Assembly: GCF_000143415.4 (NCBI RefSeq)
Contig: NW_003314271.1
Span: 1,656,806-1,720,805, forward strand
Length of the DNA: 64,000 nucleotides
Direction of reading: 5' to 3'
From: Selaginella moellendorffii
Lineage: Eukaryota; Plantae; Lycopodiophyta
Under the pieces are notes generated by a model that saw only the letters and a list, made by a program, of their open reading frames with translations, was not told where the DNA came from and searched no databases. Below, in pieces: positions 19,301 to 32,494 of this stretch. The position numbers and the translations under genes are program-made. Position 1 is the first letter of the stretch; every line of letters starts with the position of its first letter.

Positions 19301-22300
19301 CTTTGGATTTAGACGAAAATAAAATGATGTGATTATATTATTGGATTGGCTTGGAGTGTTTTAATTGTATAGATATGATGTATATGAAAATGTAAGAGAA
19401 GAGAATAAATCTAAATAAAGGAAGTATATTATTATAATTTTTATTGCTTGATAGAGCATGGTGATCTACATTATTGTTGGTGCATAAGTTGATAAAACAT
19501 TAATCACCCTTATATTATAATTGATAAAGTGTAAGTTTAGTCATTGGCCTTTTAATTATTTCTTGGTGAAATTTACAATTTTAAATTTTAAATAAGGGAA
19601 AGACCACTATATATATAACAAGCTAAGTGACATCCATGATAATAATATTCAATTTTGATGGATTTAACTAAGTGTTAACTTTTAATTGAGTGTGAAGTAA
19701 AGGTTCTTGGTTTGCACTAAGAGGATGGAAGAAATAAACAATAGGCATTGAGTGTTAATGCGTAAAGTGTTTATGTTACTTTTTTAAGTTTTTAAGTAAA
19801 AATCACTTTAGTCTTTTATTTTATTTTTTTGCATGTGTCCATGAATAAGAATTAGTTATACATATTCTTCATAAAAAAATTTATGATGACTTTTAAGGCA
19901 AGAAAGAAAAGCAATGCTTAAGGAATCTAGAGAGAAGCAACATAAAAAGATATTTACCTCTAAATTTTTGGCATCCTAGGAATTAACACTATAACACTGT
20001 ATTTAAATTAATGGATCTTCCTTATTTACATCCTAATTACCCAAGTTTTGGTGCATACATTGTCTCTTTATCTAGATTTTTAGAATTGCTTATGTGACTT
20101 TCATATTGTATGGCATTATGGTTTTTTATATTTTTTCTTGAGTTTGTCAAGGGAACTCATTGATTTTACTCATACAAAGAGATCAATTTTCTAAGGAAAA
20201 ACATTAACAACATTAGGCAATAAATAAATCTTTAGTTATTATAATGTGTACTCTCTCTCTCTCAAATTTCTATTGTGCCATTTGCTTATTCTTTTTTCTT
20301 TTATCCTATGGTTAGTTAGGAGAAAAACTGACTAATTGCACATAAGCCTAAAGACTTATTTGAAGTATAGATTATGGGTTATAAATAGGTAGATGCATTA
20401 TATCACAATCAAGGTAAGTTATCTTTTTCATTTTAATTTTCAATGCATAGCAATATTATAATTGGGATCTTTAATAGGTCCAATGGTAATTCTCAATCAT
20501 ACTCATGCTCACTTGGGAAAATAGGTGGTAGTGATTTCAAATCTGGATAGATAAAAATGAACTTTGTGCTTGTAAATTTTCTAAATTATGATAAATTCTA
20601 GTTTGAATGCATCTACTAGCCAATTTCCACTATTAGCCTTCTAACTATGATGGTATCTAACATGATCATTATCAAGGTAAAATGATTTGGTCTAGAAAAA
20701 AGTATCAAGTTTGTTTTTATTTTCTAATATATTCTTTACATTGTTGATAGTAAGGGGCTATAGATGAATATATATATGAAAATTTCACACTATGTACAAC
20801 ACTTTGTGTTCCTCATTTAGCTTAGTGTGGAACCAGCTAAAAAGAGGGAAAGTATAAAAAGAAAAGCAACTTTAATAATTATAAGGTTTTAATGAGTTTA
20901 ACTCGCTGTAATAGGCAATATGTATTCTCGAGAACATGAGTGCCATGTGGGTGGTTGGATCACCTTAATATGTGAGCTATTGCCTAGTCACTCTTGCTGT
21001 GAGATCCACTTCATGGCTGATGATCTAGGAGAATGGTGGATTTCATAATCACTAGGCAACTCCAACAAATCCAAGTGGAGAGCTGCTGTAATCCACCACA
21101 GAAATCTGCATACAAGCAATTGCCACAAAAACCCTAAACCTAGGTATAAATTCAACAAATATTAGATGGCAATTTTCAATTTAACCAACATTACATATAC
21201 TACTTAATGGGCTTGCCACATGCATGTTAAGGCTGTTCATGGCATGAACTCAAAATGTGCTCATTGGGCTAATGTTCGGCTCACCCTTTCCAAGTAGGAA
21301 TAAACTTTGTTGGTAGTGCTGGACAAACTTGTTCTTCTTTCCTAAGATAAAAAACATTCTTATCATCTTGTTCCTTGCAATTGACTAGGGATCTCTTCCA
21401 TAAATCTGGATGAGAGATTGCTATCCACCCTAGCATTGAAAGTTGGCACTAGTCCAAGATCAAGGCTCAGCAACCTATTGAATTTGTATTGAATCCTAAG
21501 AATATTTCTTCGTTCAAGTCATAAGAGGAGTGACAATAAAAAGGGGAACAATTAGGGATTAGTGGTGAATAAAAAGTCAAAGTGCCACTAAGAAGGATAC
21601 TGCCTTAAACTGAGAGGCAAGTGTGTTATGCATCCATGGGTGTACCATTATGATAAACTCTCATGGTTGTGTTGCCCAGGACAGATTCCCAGGCAATGCA
21701 CCAATAAAAAACCCGCAATGGACAAGATACACCCATGGATGCACAATGCTCCCCACTCATTCACACGCTCCATGGCAATCTTTCTCGACACTTCTTTTAT
21801 TCTTGTCTCTTCTCTTTTTTATGTAAGGAATATTCCTGGGAATCCACAGTGAAATTTCCATCATCCACTTTGCGAGCAGCTTTGCACACAGAATCCAGAT
21901 TTGTCTAAATTATACTTTAGCTATATTTCTTCGGCAGTTTGTGGAACAGGGCTGGCCTGGTCCTCAGCTTCTGAGGTCCATGACTCTAATTCTTTTATTT
22001 ATCTTGGCTTAGTTTCCAGAAATAAAGTATTTAGTAAAACTAATTCATCCAACTTGTGAAGAACCGAACTTCTGACGAGCTCATCACCTCCAGGCAAACT
22101 CCAGATTTCAAATTCCTGGGCGGTTTTTGTCATCCAATTGGATTTGGTGCATTCACATTGAGCCAGTGCTTTGACCTTCCATGAAAACCTGGATATGCTC
22201 AAAGGAACTGCCGATGTTCCTGACGTTTTTCAAGTGATGTTGGCTCCCAGCTCGGAGCTTGTAGATCTAGTTTTTAGCTCGTTTCTGTTTCTATTGACTT

Positions 22301-22734
22301 TCTTGAAAGCGATCAGTTCCTGAGAACGAGAAACCATTTCGTAATATGAAAAAGACTACAATCTAAATCATGTTATGCACTGGAAAAACCTTCGATTGGC
22401 TGCTCTTTTACCACCTCCAAAACTAGAGTTTCCCCTCACTGGATTCTGTGGTAAGCAAGGAGCTCAAGGTTAGAAACGGTAAACTCATAATCGACACTTA
22501 TCTTTCGAACCCTGAATCCCAGAAACGAGACAAAGGAAATTCTTACTATTAGACGCAAAGAGCATTCCACAATTCCTCGATAATAGCTCGGCCTCCTAGT
22601 TCGATCTTCTATCTGTCCATTCATCCAATGGCGTGGATTTTAAATCATCGACTTCCCGCCTCAAGTGCCCTAGCGATGCTGGCCGTCGGATTAAACCTCT
22701 AATCCAACGGTCGGATTTAGGATCTAGGGCGCCA

Positions 22735-24272
22735 ATGGGAGCGGCTTCTTGCGACGGCGATGGCGAGCGCAATGCCGTCGTCGTCGGCCTCCAGCCCGTG
22801 GCGCTCGTTGATCACGTCGCCCGCGTCGACTGGGCGATGCTGGAATCCGTGCCGGGCGAGCGCGGCGGCTCAATTCGGGTAAGATATTTAGTTTCCCTCC
22901 TCGAAATCCTCAAAGCTTTTGCTCGCTTCACTCAGGTCACGGCCACGGAGCTAGAAGACATTCTAGCTCAAGTGAACAAGCATGTTCTGCCCAATGGTGA
23001 TTTCTCCAGTCCAATTCGCACGCTAGCTGGAGGTAGTGTAGCGAATACGCTCCGAGGCTTGGCGGGGGGGCTGGGCGTGAGATGTAAGATGGTCGGTGCT
23101 AGAGGCAATGACGAGCAAGGGAAAATGTTCGCTACGAGCATGCGAAGCTTTCAGGTGGATCTTTCGTGCCTGAGAGTAAAGTCTGGACCAACAGGCCAGG
23201 TGACTAAAAATTCCTTCTTTTTCTTTCTCTGGGTGTTCTTACTGCTTGTCTTTGTTTTAGTGCGTGTGCCTTGTGGATGCTCTTGGCAATCGCACAATGC
23301 GGCCTTGTTTATCTGATGCAGTGAGGCTTCAGGTAAATTGATTTTCCCTTTTTGGTTTTCGCAAGTTGTTAAAAGTGTGTCTTGTTGCCATAGGCAAGCG
23401 AATTGACTCGCGAGGATTTCAAGGGGATCAAGGTGATATTTGTAAAGCTTGTGTTTTGATACGCAAATTTCCGTGTTTTTTTTTTTCTTTTTTCTTTGTC
23501 TTTGCAGTGGCTTGTGCTAAATGGCTACGGGTTCTATGGAGAAGAGCTTGTTGAAAGCGCAGCGCATCTCGCCAAACTGGAAGGTGCTCTTGTTTCGATG
23601 GATCTCGCTAGCTTTGAGGTTCTGTCAACACAACAAACAATCTTTATAGGGAAAGAAGCTTTGTCGCCTCAAATTCGACTAACTAGCTCTGTTTGCTTGT
23701 GTAGGTAGTGAGGAACTTCCGGCCGCGCCTCTTAAAGCTCCTTCAGTCGAGAAAAGTAGATCTTTGCCTCGCAAACGAAGACGAAGCTCGTGAACTTATG
23801 GGGTAGTTGTTTTCCATCGCCATATACTCGTTTTTACCCGTTCTGTCTTGCAGCGGAGAGCCAGAGTCCACTCCAGAATCTGCATTAAAGTTCCTGTCGC
23901 AGTACTGCAACAACGCAGTCGTTATGCTGGGATCAAAGGGCTGCATTGCTCGAAGTGGAGACGAGGTAAAAACAGCTAGGAGAAACTAAACTTTGGCTCT
24001 ACAATCTAACCAACCGATTTTTATCTTAGGTGGTCCGAGCGAAAGCTGTGGAAGGCGGGTCCGTGGTGGACACAACCGGCGCTGGCGACTTGTTCGCGAG
24101 TGGATTCTTATATGGGATGATAAACGGCCTCTCGCTGGATCATTGCTGCAAGCTTGGCTGCTGCACGGGGGCGGCAGTGGTACAAGATTTGGGGGGCGAG
24201 ATTAAGCAGCAAGGGAAGAAATGGATGCTCCAAAAGATGGCGAGCATGGGGCTTCCAGTTTTCCAAGCCTGA
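22735..24272 (+). CDS. pfkB/ribokinase-family kinase (nucleoside-kinase-like), multi-exon
   Basis: GLQPVALVDHVARVDW, AGGSVANT, ANEDEA and DTTGAGDLFASGFLYG (pfkB signature 2), with GT-AG introns. Confidence 0.9.
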
Positions 24273-24403
24273 CGAATTTTTTTCAATCAAAAAGTCCTAT
24301 TTGCAAGAGGGTCAAGAAGAGTTTCACCTGGGAAGTCTAGAGGATCGAACGGGCGACCTGGTGCCTGTGGTTTGTTTTGATTTGTGGGTTGTGAGTGTGG
24401 GCT

Positions 24404-25772
24404 ATGGCGAGCAATGCATTGAGCGCGGCGAGCGTGGAGGCCGCGTCGCAAGGGCTCAAGGAGCTGGATCGATTGAGGAGAGAACAAGATGGTCTGATCA
24501 AGAAGATCAATAAGATCCACGCCAAGCTCGCAGAGACCCGTAAGTAGATTTTTTTTCTTCTTTCCACTTTCGGCAAAAAAATTACATTTTATCTAGGACC
24601 TTTTTTTCTTCTCGAGGAAGGATGTGATTTAGCTTTAGTTTGCAGAACCAGAGCAAGCCGAGAAGTTCGAAGATAAGTTCTGGAGCAAGCTACGGGATTT
24701 GTATAGTCAAGCTAAAGCACTTGCGGACGCCGAAGAAAGGTTTTTTTTCTTTTTTCTTTTCGAGGATGATGGTGCTAATTTTTTTTCGGCCGAACTAGTG
24801 CGTCAAATGCTTGTCTTAGTAATCTGGACGCTCTCTCGATACCTTCACAAGCTGCTGCTGCTCATCGACGTAAAACTGGTTGGCTCTCTTTTCTCCTGTT
24901 CTCTTTTTTGCAAGCTGATGTTTTTCTTGATGGAATGCCAGAGACTGGCGATCAAAAGCGGAAGAGAGCCAAGGCCGATGCAGACTCTTCCAGGCTGAAT
25001 CCGAACGTTTCTCGGTCGGCTGATTCAATTGGTAAAGCTGTTGGAGACCAGGTCGAGCTTGAAAGTTTTTATTTTCCTTGTTTCTTAGTGATTTGTGCTT
25101 GCCTTCCAGGTCGCCGCGCGGATTACTCCTGAAGATTCAGAGAAGAGCGAGTGGATTGTCGTCAAGGTGACCCGCTTTGATCGCGAAACAAACAAGTTAA
25201 GTCACTCTTTTTGCTCGTCTTTTTTCACAGTGCTTTGTCTCTCCAGATATGAAGTGATAGACGAAGAGCCTGGGGACGAAGAAGAAAATGGTGGAACCGG
25301 TGGACCGAGGTAAAGCACCCGCGACTTTAACATCGCTAATCTTCTCTCATCGCCCTCCAGGAAGTACAAGTTATCTCCCTCCGCAATCATCCAATTCCCA
25401 AAACCAGCGACAGCGCTGGATTTTCCAACGGGATCTCAAGTTCTTGCGGTGTATCCAGGCACCACCGCACTGTACAAAGCTACTGTCGTCGGTCCTCATA
25501 GAAAAGTAAGCCAGAAAGAATTCCTAGCACTGGTTTTGCGCTGATCGAAACTTGTCTTGCGCGTGCCAAAAACGAATTTTTATGCATCAGAAAAAAACGG
25601 ACGAGTAAGTTTTTTTTCTCTATCTCTTGTATCGTGTTAACCGAGACGTCGTTGGCTTTCTTGTTCCAGCTATATTCTAGAATTCGATGACGACGACGAG
25701 GATGGATTTCTACCAAAGCGAACAGTGCCATTTTACCACGTTGTCACTCTTCCGGAGGGGCACCGCCAGTAA
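24404..25772 (+). CDS. SGF29: SAGA-associated factor 29 (tandem Tudor), multi-exon
   Basis: N-terminal coiled coil KELDRLRREQ; QVAAR..EWIVVKV; VLAVYPGTTALYKATVV; LEFDDDDEDG.LP.R.VPFYHVV.LPEGHRQ*. Confidence 0.92.
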
Positions 25773-26039
25773 ATCAACAACAGCCAGTAGCATTGTCGCT
25801 GTTGATCAGCTGTACCATGTCGCCTGTAACAGTAACATACGAGAAGAAGCTCAACCGGCCAGCAAACATGGTAGAGCAAGTTCACCATAGCATTGCTGGT
25901 AAGAGTTGCAATGCTCATCCAGAATTTGTACCATCGGGGATAAGTCCTCTCTAAATCTTTGAAAAACCGGTGCCTCCTAATATCTATTACATCCGATTCT
26001 AATCTCTAATGATGTCTGGCCATGCACAACTCCAGGCTA

Positions 26040-26465
26040 AATTCTATTCGGTTGACTGGTAAAGCTTGAAAGTTTTCTTTTTGCCTTTTTCGTTTCTTCG
26101 TAACTTGTGCTCGCCTTCCAGGTGATTACTTCTAGGAAGAGCGAGTGGACTGTCGTCAAGGTGACACGCTTTGAGCGCAAAAGCTGTCTTTTGCTCGTCT
26201 GTTTTCTCATTGCTGGCATGAGTTTCACAGGGGTGTGCTTATGTTACAGCGCTGTCGTAAGCCAGAACGAATTCCTACCAATCTTGCGCGTCTAAAATCG
26301 GATCTTGTTGCATCAGAGAGAAAACGAGTAAGTCTCTCTCTATCTCTTATATGTGTTAACCGAGAAACTGATGTGTTGTAGCTACTATATGTTCGCTGTC
26401 GCCGATTTACTGTCGGTGCCCCGGAAGAGACGTGGTAAAGCGCTGAAGCAAACGACGTCATCAGC
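26040..26465 (+). pseudogene. Partial tandem duplicate of the SGF29 3' half with internal deletions
   Basis: ggaagagcgagtggactgtcgtcaaggtgacacgctttga matches 25142-25180. Intron and 3' UTR pieces (aaacgagtaag, gtgttaaccgaga, tcagctg) are also retained. Confidence 0.75.
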
Positions 26466-27164
26466 TGAATTGCAGTACTCATCCCATCCAAGTGGCGGCT
26501 TTAATGTTGCGACTTTCTGATAGTATATTCACGCCTCTGAAACCCTGAAGGTGTCAGCAGAAGGCTTGCTCAGCGAGCTTGGGCACGTTGAGGTATGCTC
26601 GATAATCAAGATTTTTTTGCTTAATCTAGAAATATGTCCTCTCTTTTTTCAGGAACGAAGAAAGGATACAACGTGTTGTGGAGGATTAGATGGATGGTTT
26701 CTGGGCCCTTCAGATGCTTTCACCACTTCTGCTGGCTGTTCCTTGTTCAGTAGAGTCACTTGATCTACTCAGAAGAGCCAGATGGCACTGTGAAGCACAC
26801 CTAGAGAGCCTTTTTCCAAAACCTGGATATCTTACTTGGTTACACATAAATTGCAAAGCATGTCAAATGTTTGTGACAAACATAATCCTTAGCTGAAGTG
26901 GTTGACAAGATCAGCTTTGGTCTATAGTATTGCTCAATTCAATATTTTATAGTTCACTTTAAGTTGTTTTAACTCTTAAATATATAGATATGTAACAATT
27001 AACATAAAGGTACTATAAGTAAATTCATATAATACTTTATACATATTAGGAATAGGTATATTAATTGGGGTTTAGACCCTTGCTTATATACAAAAATAAA
27101 TGGACTAGATTCAATCCCAAATGGATAGTCTATGCTATAATATTATAATTAGTGTATTCAGGGT

Positions 27165-27186
27165 TATATATATATATATATATATA
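27165..27186. repeat. (TA)n microsatellite
   Basis: About 11 TA units. Confidence 0.9.
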
Positions 27187-30100
27187 GACACATACAGAGA
27201 GATACATACAAACTTCTTTTTCTTTGGAAGATGAAAAATTGATGAAAATAAATTAGCTGGGACATCTAGAGTTTTTCCTGGGTAATTACAAACTATTATA
27301 AGAATCTAAAGTTCCCACAAAACCACTAACAAAGTCACTTATAACTATGACTAAAACACCAAAGCCATGATATAAGCATCAATTGCCTACAAAATCTCAA
27401 TGAACTAATTGCAATTCCATATATAACTACCAAATGCTCAAACTAACATTGAAGTCATAGCTTTGAATTAAAGCAAGGGACTTTGAGAGCCATTGCAATC
27501 TATAAACTACCATTGCAACAAATGATATATTTCGTCTTTAAGTCTATTTGTCATATTATTAACTCAGACTCATGACTATAAGCAAAACCTACCTTTACGT
27601 CTTCCTTTCAATCAATATTCAAGACCCATATTAACTTAAACTCACAACTATTGTTCACGTCCAACATTGTATATAAGACGTTGGATTCATTTTGTTCGTC
27701 TTCCATATCCTTCTTATCCCCTTCTTGAAGGAGGAACTCTTTGATGTGGTTTATTGACTTGATAATGACAAATGTAAATCTTGTAAGTGTTTGAGGAGTT
27801 TTTTTGCTGAGAATCGTCATGATAATCACCATGGACACAAAGATGGAAAAAAGCATCACAAGCTAACTACTTTGGATGCAAAAGGAAAAAAAGTTCTAAA
27901 GCATTGGCTTTGTTCAGGTTTGTTGTGCTCATCTTCAGTCCACCATCTATGTTTGGCTTCACTTCACTATCGCATTCACTATATTAGGGTTAAATATTTC
28001 ATTCAAACTCACTATATTCATCCTCACTCCGCAATTTATATTACTTATCCTTGCTCCACTATTGTATCCACTCATCTTCATTCCATCGTTGGGGTTAAAC
28101 TTTCGTTTGTCCCCTTTACCCCTTCCTCTAAAGAAAAGAAAATTTGAAGTGGCAGGGCAAAAAGGAGAAAAATAGAAAAATTAAGGAAAAACAATTGTAA
28201 AAGAAGAAAAAGTGGATAGAAAAGCATTGTAAAAGGAATTTGTAAACATTTGAGATGGGAAAATAAATAATAACATTCACACTCTCAAAAGAATACATAA
28301 ACTCCTCAGTAGTAATGGGAAAGCAAAGGCTTCTAATAACATTCACAAGTGGGAACATATATTCAACTTAAAATTCTAGCTAAAGTAACTCAACCCTTAG
28401 AATAGAGGAATACTCAACACTAAAACTAATAAAAGATTTTGCTAATAAAACAAAAGTAAAATTCTCAACTTCATGTACATATTGAACATCCAGATTAATA
28501 TGAAGAAGATATAAAACACTCAGCTCAACATTGGATTGAGAATGAGAATCATAAGAGTCATTAATAACCAATGTGCCAAAAGAGAAAACATTAAAGATGA
28601 GGAAGAAATACTAGGAACATGAAAAAATGGTTTAGACTGATAAATAAAAGAAGGTTGAAAAAGAGTAAAAGGTAAAGAGAAAAGATTAGATGGCAAATTA
28701 AAAGTTTAATACATACCCTGTGAAATCTCCATTTCATCTCTAAAGTTATTTTTATAATAATCAAGCTTGTGAAAACGATCTGAAATCCATTCGAGCTCAC
28801 ACATATCGTCTTCCCATAAACTCAATTCTCAAATATTTTTCAACAACCAAACTACATCATTCATAGTTCACCAATCAATGTCACAATCATGCTCCATATC
28901 AACAAGAGATGGCAGAATACTGAGAACAAAACACCAAGAACAAAACAGGCTATGTAATCATGTCTCACAAAAGTTAGAGACGGCAACACACCAAAAATGG
29001 GCATAGCACCAAACCCCACAACACTAAAAGTTTAATCCAATAAAGTAATATAAACAATCTTAAGTGACATACTCCTTGATCAATGATGGTGTGGCATGGT
29101 AGAAGAAATAAATGCAATGAAGATAAGAAGAAAGAGAAAATCTATGCACATAGCTAAAAAATTTTGCTTTTCAAGGACAAATTACAGTGACTTTCACCTC
29201 CACCAATATAAGTGTTTAGGATATAGGAATAAATATATTAATTGGTTTAAACCTATACAAGAATGGATGAATAATATTATAATTAGTGTATTACCTAGCC
29301 AAGGTATATATGTATTTATAAACCTGAATTTTATTTATTTTATTTATTACATCTGAGATGAATGCTTTTATTTGTAAATGGTGGCCGTTGATGGTAGGGT
29401 TCCATTCCTGGTCGTCCAATTCCTACGGTCACAATTTAGAATCCTGGCCGTCCCATTTCAACAGTAGGTTTAAATCAAATTAAAATCCATGGAGAGAGCT
29501 GTGGACAGCACAACGTTTGAAATTGAGGGAATGGTTTGCATATCATGTCCTTAGTTTTTATCTCGGATGTTTTTCACACGACAACTCCATGGAGCTTTTG
29601 CTTGATGAACACTGCAATTGGATCAGCTGAGTTGAAGTCCCTAGACTTCAGATACTAAGTGGCTCTCTGGATCCATTGCGTAGTTTTTCTAGAATTTATG
29701 TTGGTCACACAGCTTTGTTTTGATATAGTGAGGATGGAACGCTCTTGGCTGCCACTACAAACGGTGGCAAAACCTTTGTGTGGGGGCTTTTGTTTGCGCA
29801 TTCACTCTTAAGGCGATGCTCATGGCCGCAGCTCCATCTAGCGTCACGCAAAGCTGACAAAACAGTTTCCTTCGCTTACTGTTCTTCCTTTCGTTCGTGG
29901 CTCCCACGCCATAACCATTGCAAAGATTGGAACGCACAAGGGCTTCGAACGCATCCTTTCTAGGCCTTTGGCATTACTGGAATTGTAACTATTGCTTCCT
30001 TCCATCGATTTGCTTCTCACACAGGGTAATAACTCATCTCATGAACACAAGCCGGTAATAGTCACTTCTAGTCCTGGCAACTTTTTTTGTTTCCCAACAA

Positions 30101-30452
30101 GCCTTGAAGAAAACAAATAACTGTTTTTCTGAAGCAGCAAAGTTTAAATGCTACAAACACTCAGTATATGATCTTCCTTCCTAGCTTGGACTTACACCAT
30201 CAATCGGTGTAGAAAGTTAGACAAAGCTCCGGAACCACCAGCAACCTCTGTTTTGTAAGATATCTCCTCTGCCTTGATGACGTTAGAGCCACCGTCCCTC
30301 CAGCCGATGAAAACCTGCCACCGAAGTTCTATCACTCCCGATGGGGATCATCACAGAGTGTTAAGCCACCGGCTTCAAGTTTAGATCCAAGTAGCTAGCC
30401 ATGCCTGCGACAACTTCATCCCGTCCGATGCATTTGCATCGAAAGCTGGAAC

Positions 30453-32494
30453 TCAGTGAGGCAGGAGCCCTCTCTTCCTCCTCCCCCACCTCCTCCTGAT
30501 CACCGAGAGGAAGTAGAGGAAGAAGAGGAAGAGCAGCGCAACCAGCAGCCCAGCAAGGAATGGCAGAAGCAGCGGGGTTGCCGCCACAGCCGTCGCTTGC
30601 AAGTTGAGATCATTGGAGGAAGCCAGCTGAAGATATGCATTGCTGCTGCTGCCGCCACCTTCGCCTTCCAACAGCGAGTTCAGGAAGGCATCACTGCTGC
30701 TAATGCCTTCTCCTTCAAATAACTCGATGAAATCACTGGCACTGGCACTGCTACTGCTCACCCCAACGTCATACACTAAACTCTGAGAGCTCGATATTGA
30801 AGTCCCTTCAGCTTCTTGAAACGTTTCGGTGTTGATCCTCTTGGCCTTCGCACCATCCTCGCCCAAGCTTCGAGGGAACCACCGCCACATAAAAGGTGGT
30901 GGCGATGCTGGTGGTGGTGAAGCATTGCTGCTAGCCTCCTTACTGTCACCAGTGCCGCCAGCCAGTAACTTCTGAGATGGAAATCCTGTGGCTGCATGGG
31001 ACTTTAGCACCTGTTCAATGTCCATTTCAGTACGAATATATCTTGTTCCTGTCAGCAGAGGCATACCTTGTAGGATGTCTCGTCGGCCATTGCTGCTGCA
31101 AGTTCTTCACTATTCTTGTATGGAAGCCTCCTGTGCGTTCTCACACCATCACCTCGCAAGCTCCGCCAAAAGACTGAAGCTGGTGTCGATGAAACATCAC
31201 CTTGCCTCAACAACTTTCGAGATCCTGCTGCTGCATGAGACTTTAGCACCTGTTCAGCATAGATCTTAGTACGAATACATATCTGATTCCTGTCAACAGA
31301 AACATACCTTGTAGGATGACTCCTCGGCCATTGCTGCCGCAAGTTCTTGTCCTTCACTATTCTTGTCTGGAGGCCTCCTGTGCTTTCTCACGCTGCTAGT
31401 GCCATCGCCTCTCAACCTCTGCCAAAAGACTGAAGCTTGTTCTTCTCCATTTTGTTGTGCGCGCAGTGGAGCTATGAAGCCATCCACCCAGCGGAATAGA
31501 GAAGGTCCATTCTCGTTGGAGACGAAGATAGGAGGACCTGGCGCTGCTTCCAGAAGCATCCGTCGGGAACTGATAACTAGGAATCGATGCCACCCCAAGA
31601 AGTTCTTGAGTTCTTCCCATAATTCCTGGGACGTCACCTCGTCCTCCTCCAAGCCCGCATTCAAAAGCCTACTCCACATTTCTTCTTTTATCGACTGAAG
31701 AGTGGTCGGTAGCTTCCAAGTCCACTCTCCAACTAGCTGCCTAAGTTCCTCCACCTCCAGATGCATTTCGGCTCTGGACGGTAGCTGCACCGACGGGAAT
31801 GTCCAGGTCCGAAAGTAGCTCTGGATATCCTCCCAGCTCAGGTTGTCGTCGTCGTCGTCGATTGCAAAGCCACCGAGAGAAGTATACCGAACTGAATCCA
31901 CAGTGCCAACCATGTCCGCCTCTAGCTGCAAGAGAAGGTTGGTGCGGTTCCAGGCAAACCATCTAAGCCCTCGAGTTACCTCTTGCGAATCATGGTTTTC
32001 ATCCTCGAGTACAGGTAATGGTGGTGGATCATACTTGGAAACACTTGATGCTGCCGCGTGACTGCTGGCGATAACTGCCTCGAGCTGCGAGGGTGGTGCT
32101 GGCGAGGACGAATCCTCCAGCTCGATTGGAGCAACCGGCTGCAAGAGAAGATTAGCTACATCTGGAGTTACCTCTTCCAAGTCATGCTCGTCATCCTCTT
32201 CCAGTACAGGTGCATCATACTCGGGAACACTTGATGCTGGGCCACTGCTGGCGATCACTGCCTCGAGCTGCGAGGGCAGTGCTGGGAAACCCTCCGCTTT
32301 CTTGTCCGCTGTTGCGGCAGGAGTCTGCCCGCACGCGAAAAATGTCAAGGAACAAGAAAAAATGACAGAAACGAGCGAACTGTGCACACCTCAAGGAGGA
32401 GGACCTTCAATCCTGTTGCCTGTGTGCTTGCTTGTGTGCTTGCCTGTGCTGGAGCGCGTCGCAACCAGGAGAACGCCAATGCTAGAGCTTCCAT
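30453..32494 (-). CDS. Orphan ~600 aa acidic protein with C-terminal transmembrane helix and basic tail, 4 exons
   Basis: ATG at 32494 (MEALALAFSW...LLLE), intron GTGTGC..GGGCAG, then a long exon to SSYK|GTATG, a duplicated exon VLKSHAA..SYK, and a final exon ending PLLLPFLAGLLVALLFLFFLYFLSVI-RRRWGRRKRG. All junctions are phase 0 and in frame. Confidence 0.65.

Noticed and set aside
19900-22400. Scattered short ORFs in AT-rich DNA (also 1-1000 and 27-29 kb)
   Set aside because: This is probably decayed TE or intergenic sequence, and nothing was identifiable with confidence.
32325-32389. Apparent signal peptide MHSSLVSVIFSCSLTFFACG of ORF 31293-32387
   Set aside because: It starts at GTG and lies within a pyrimidine-rich GT..AG intron. 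The likely start is ATG 32494.
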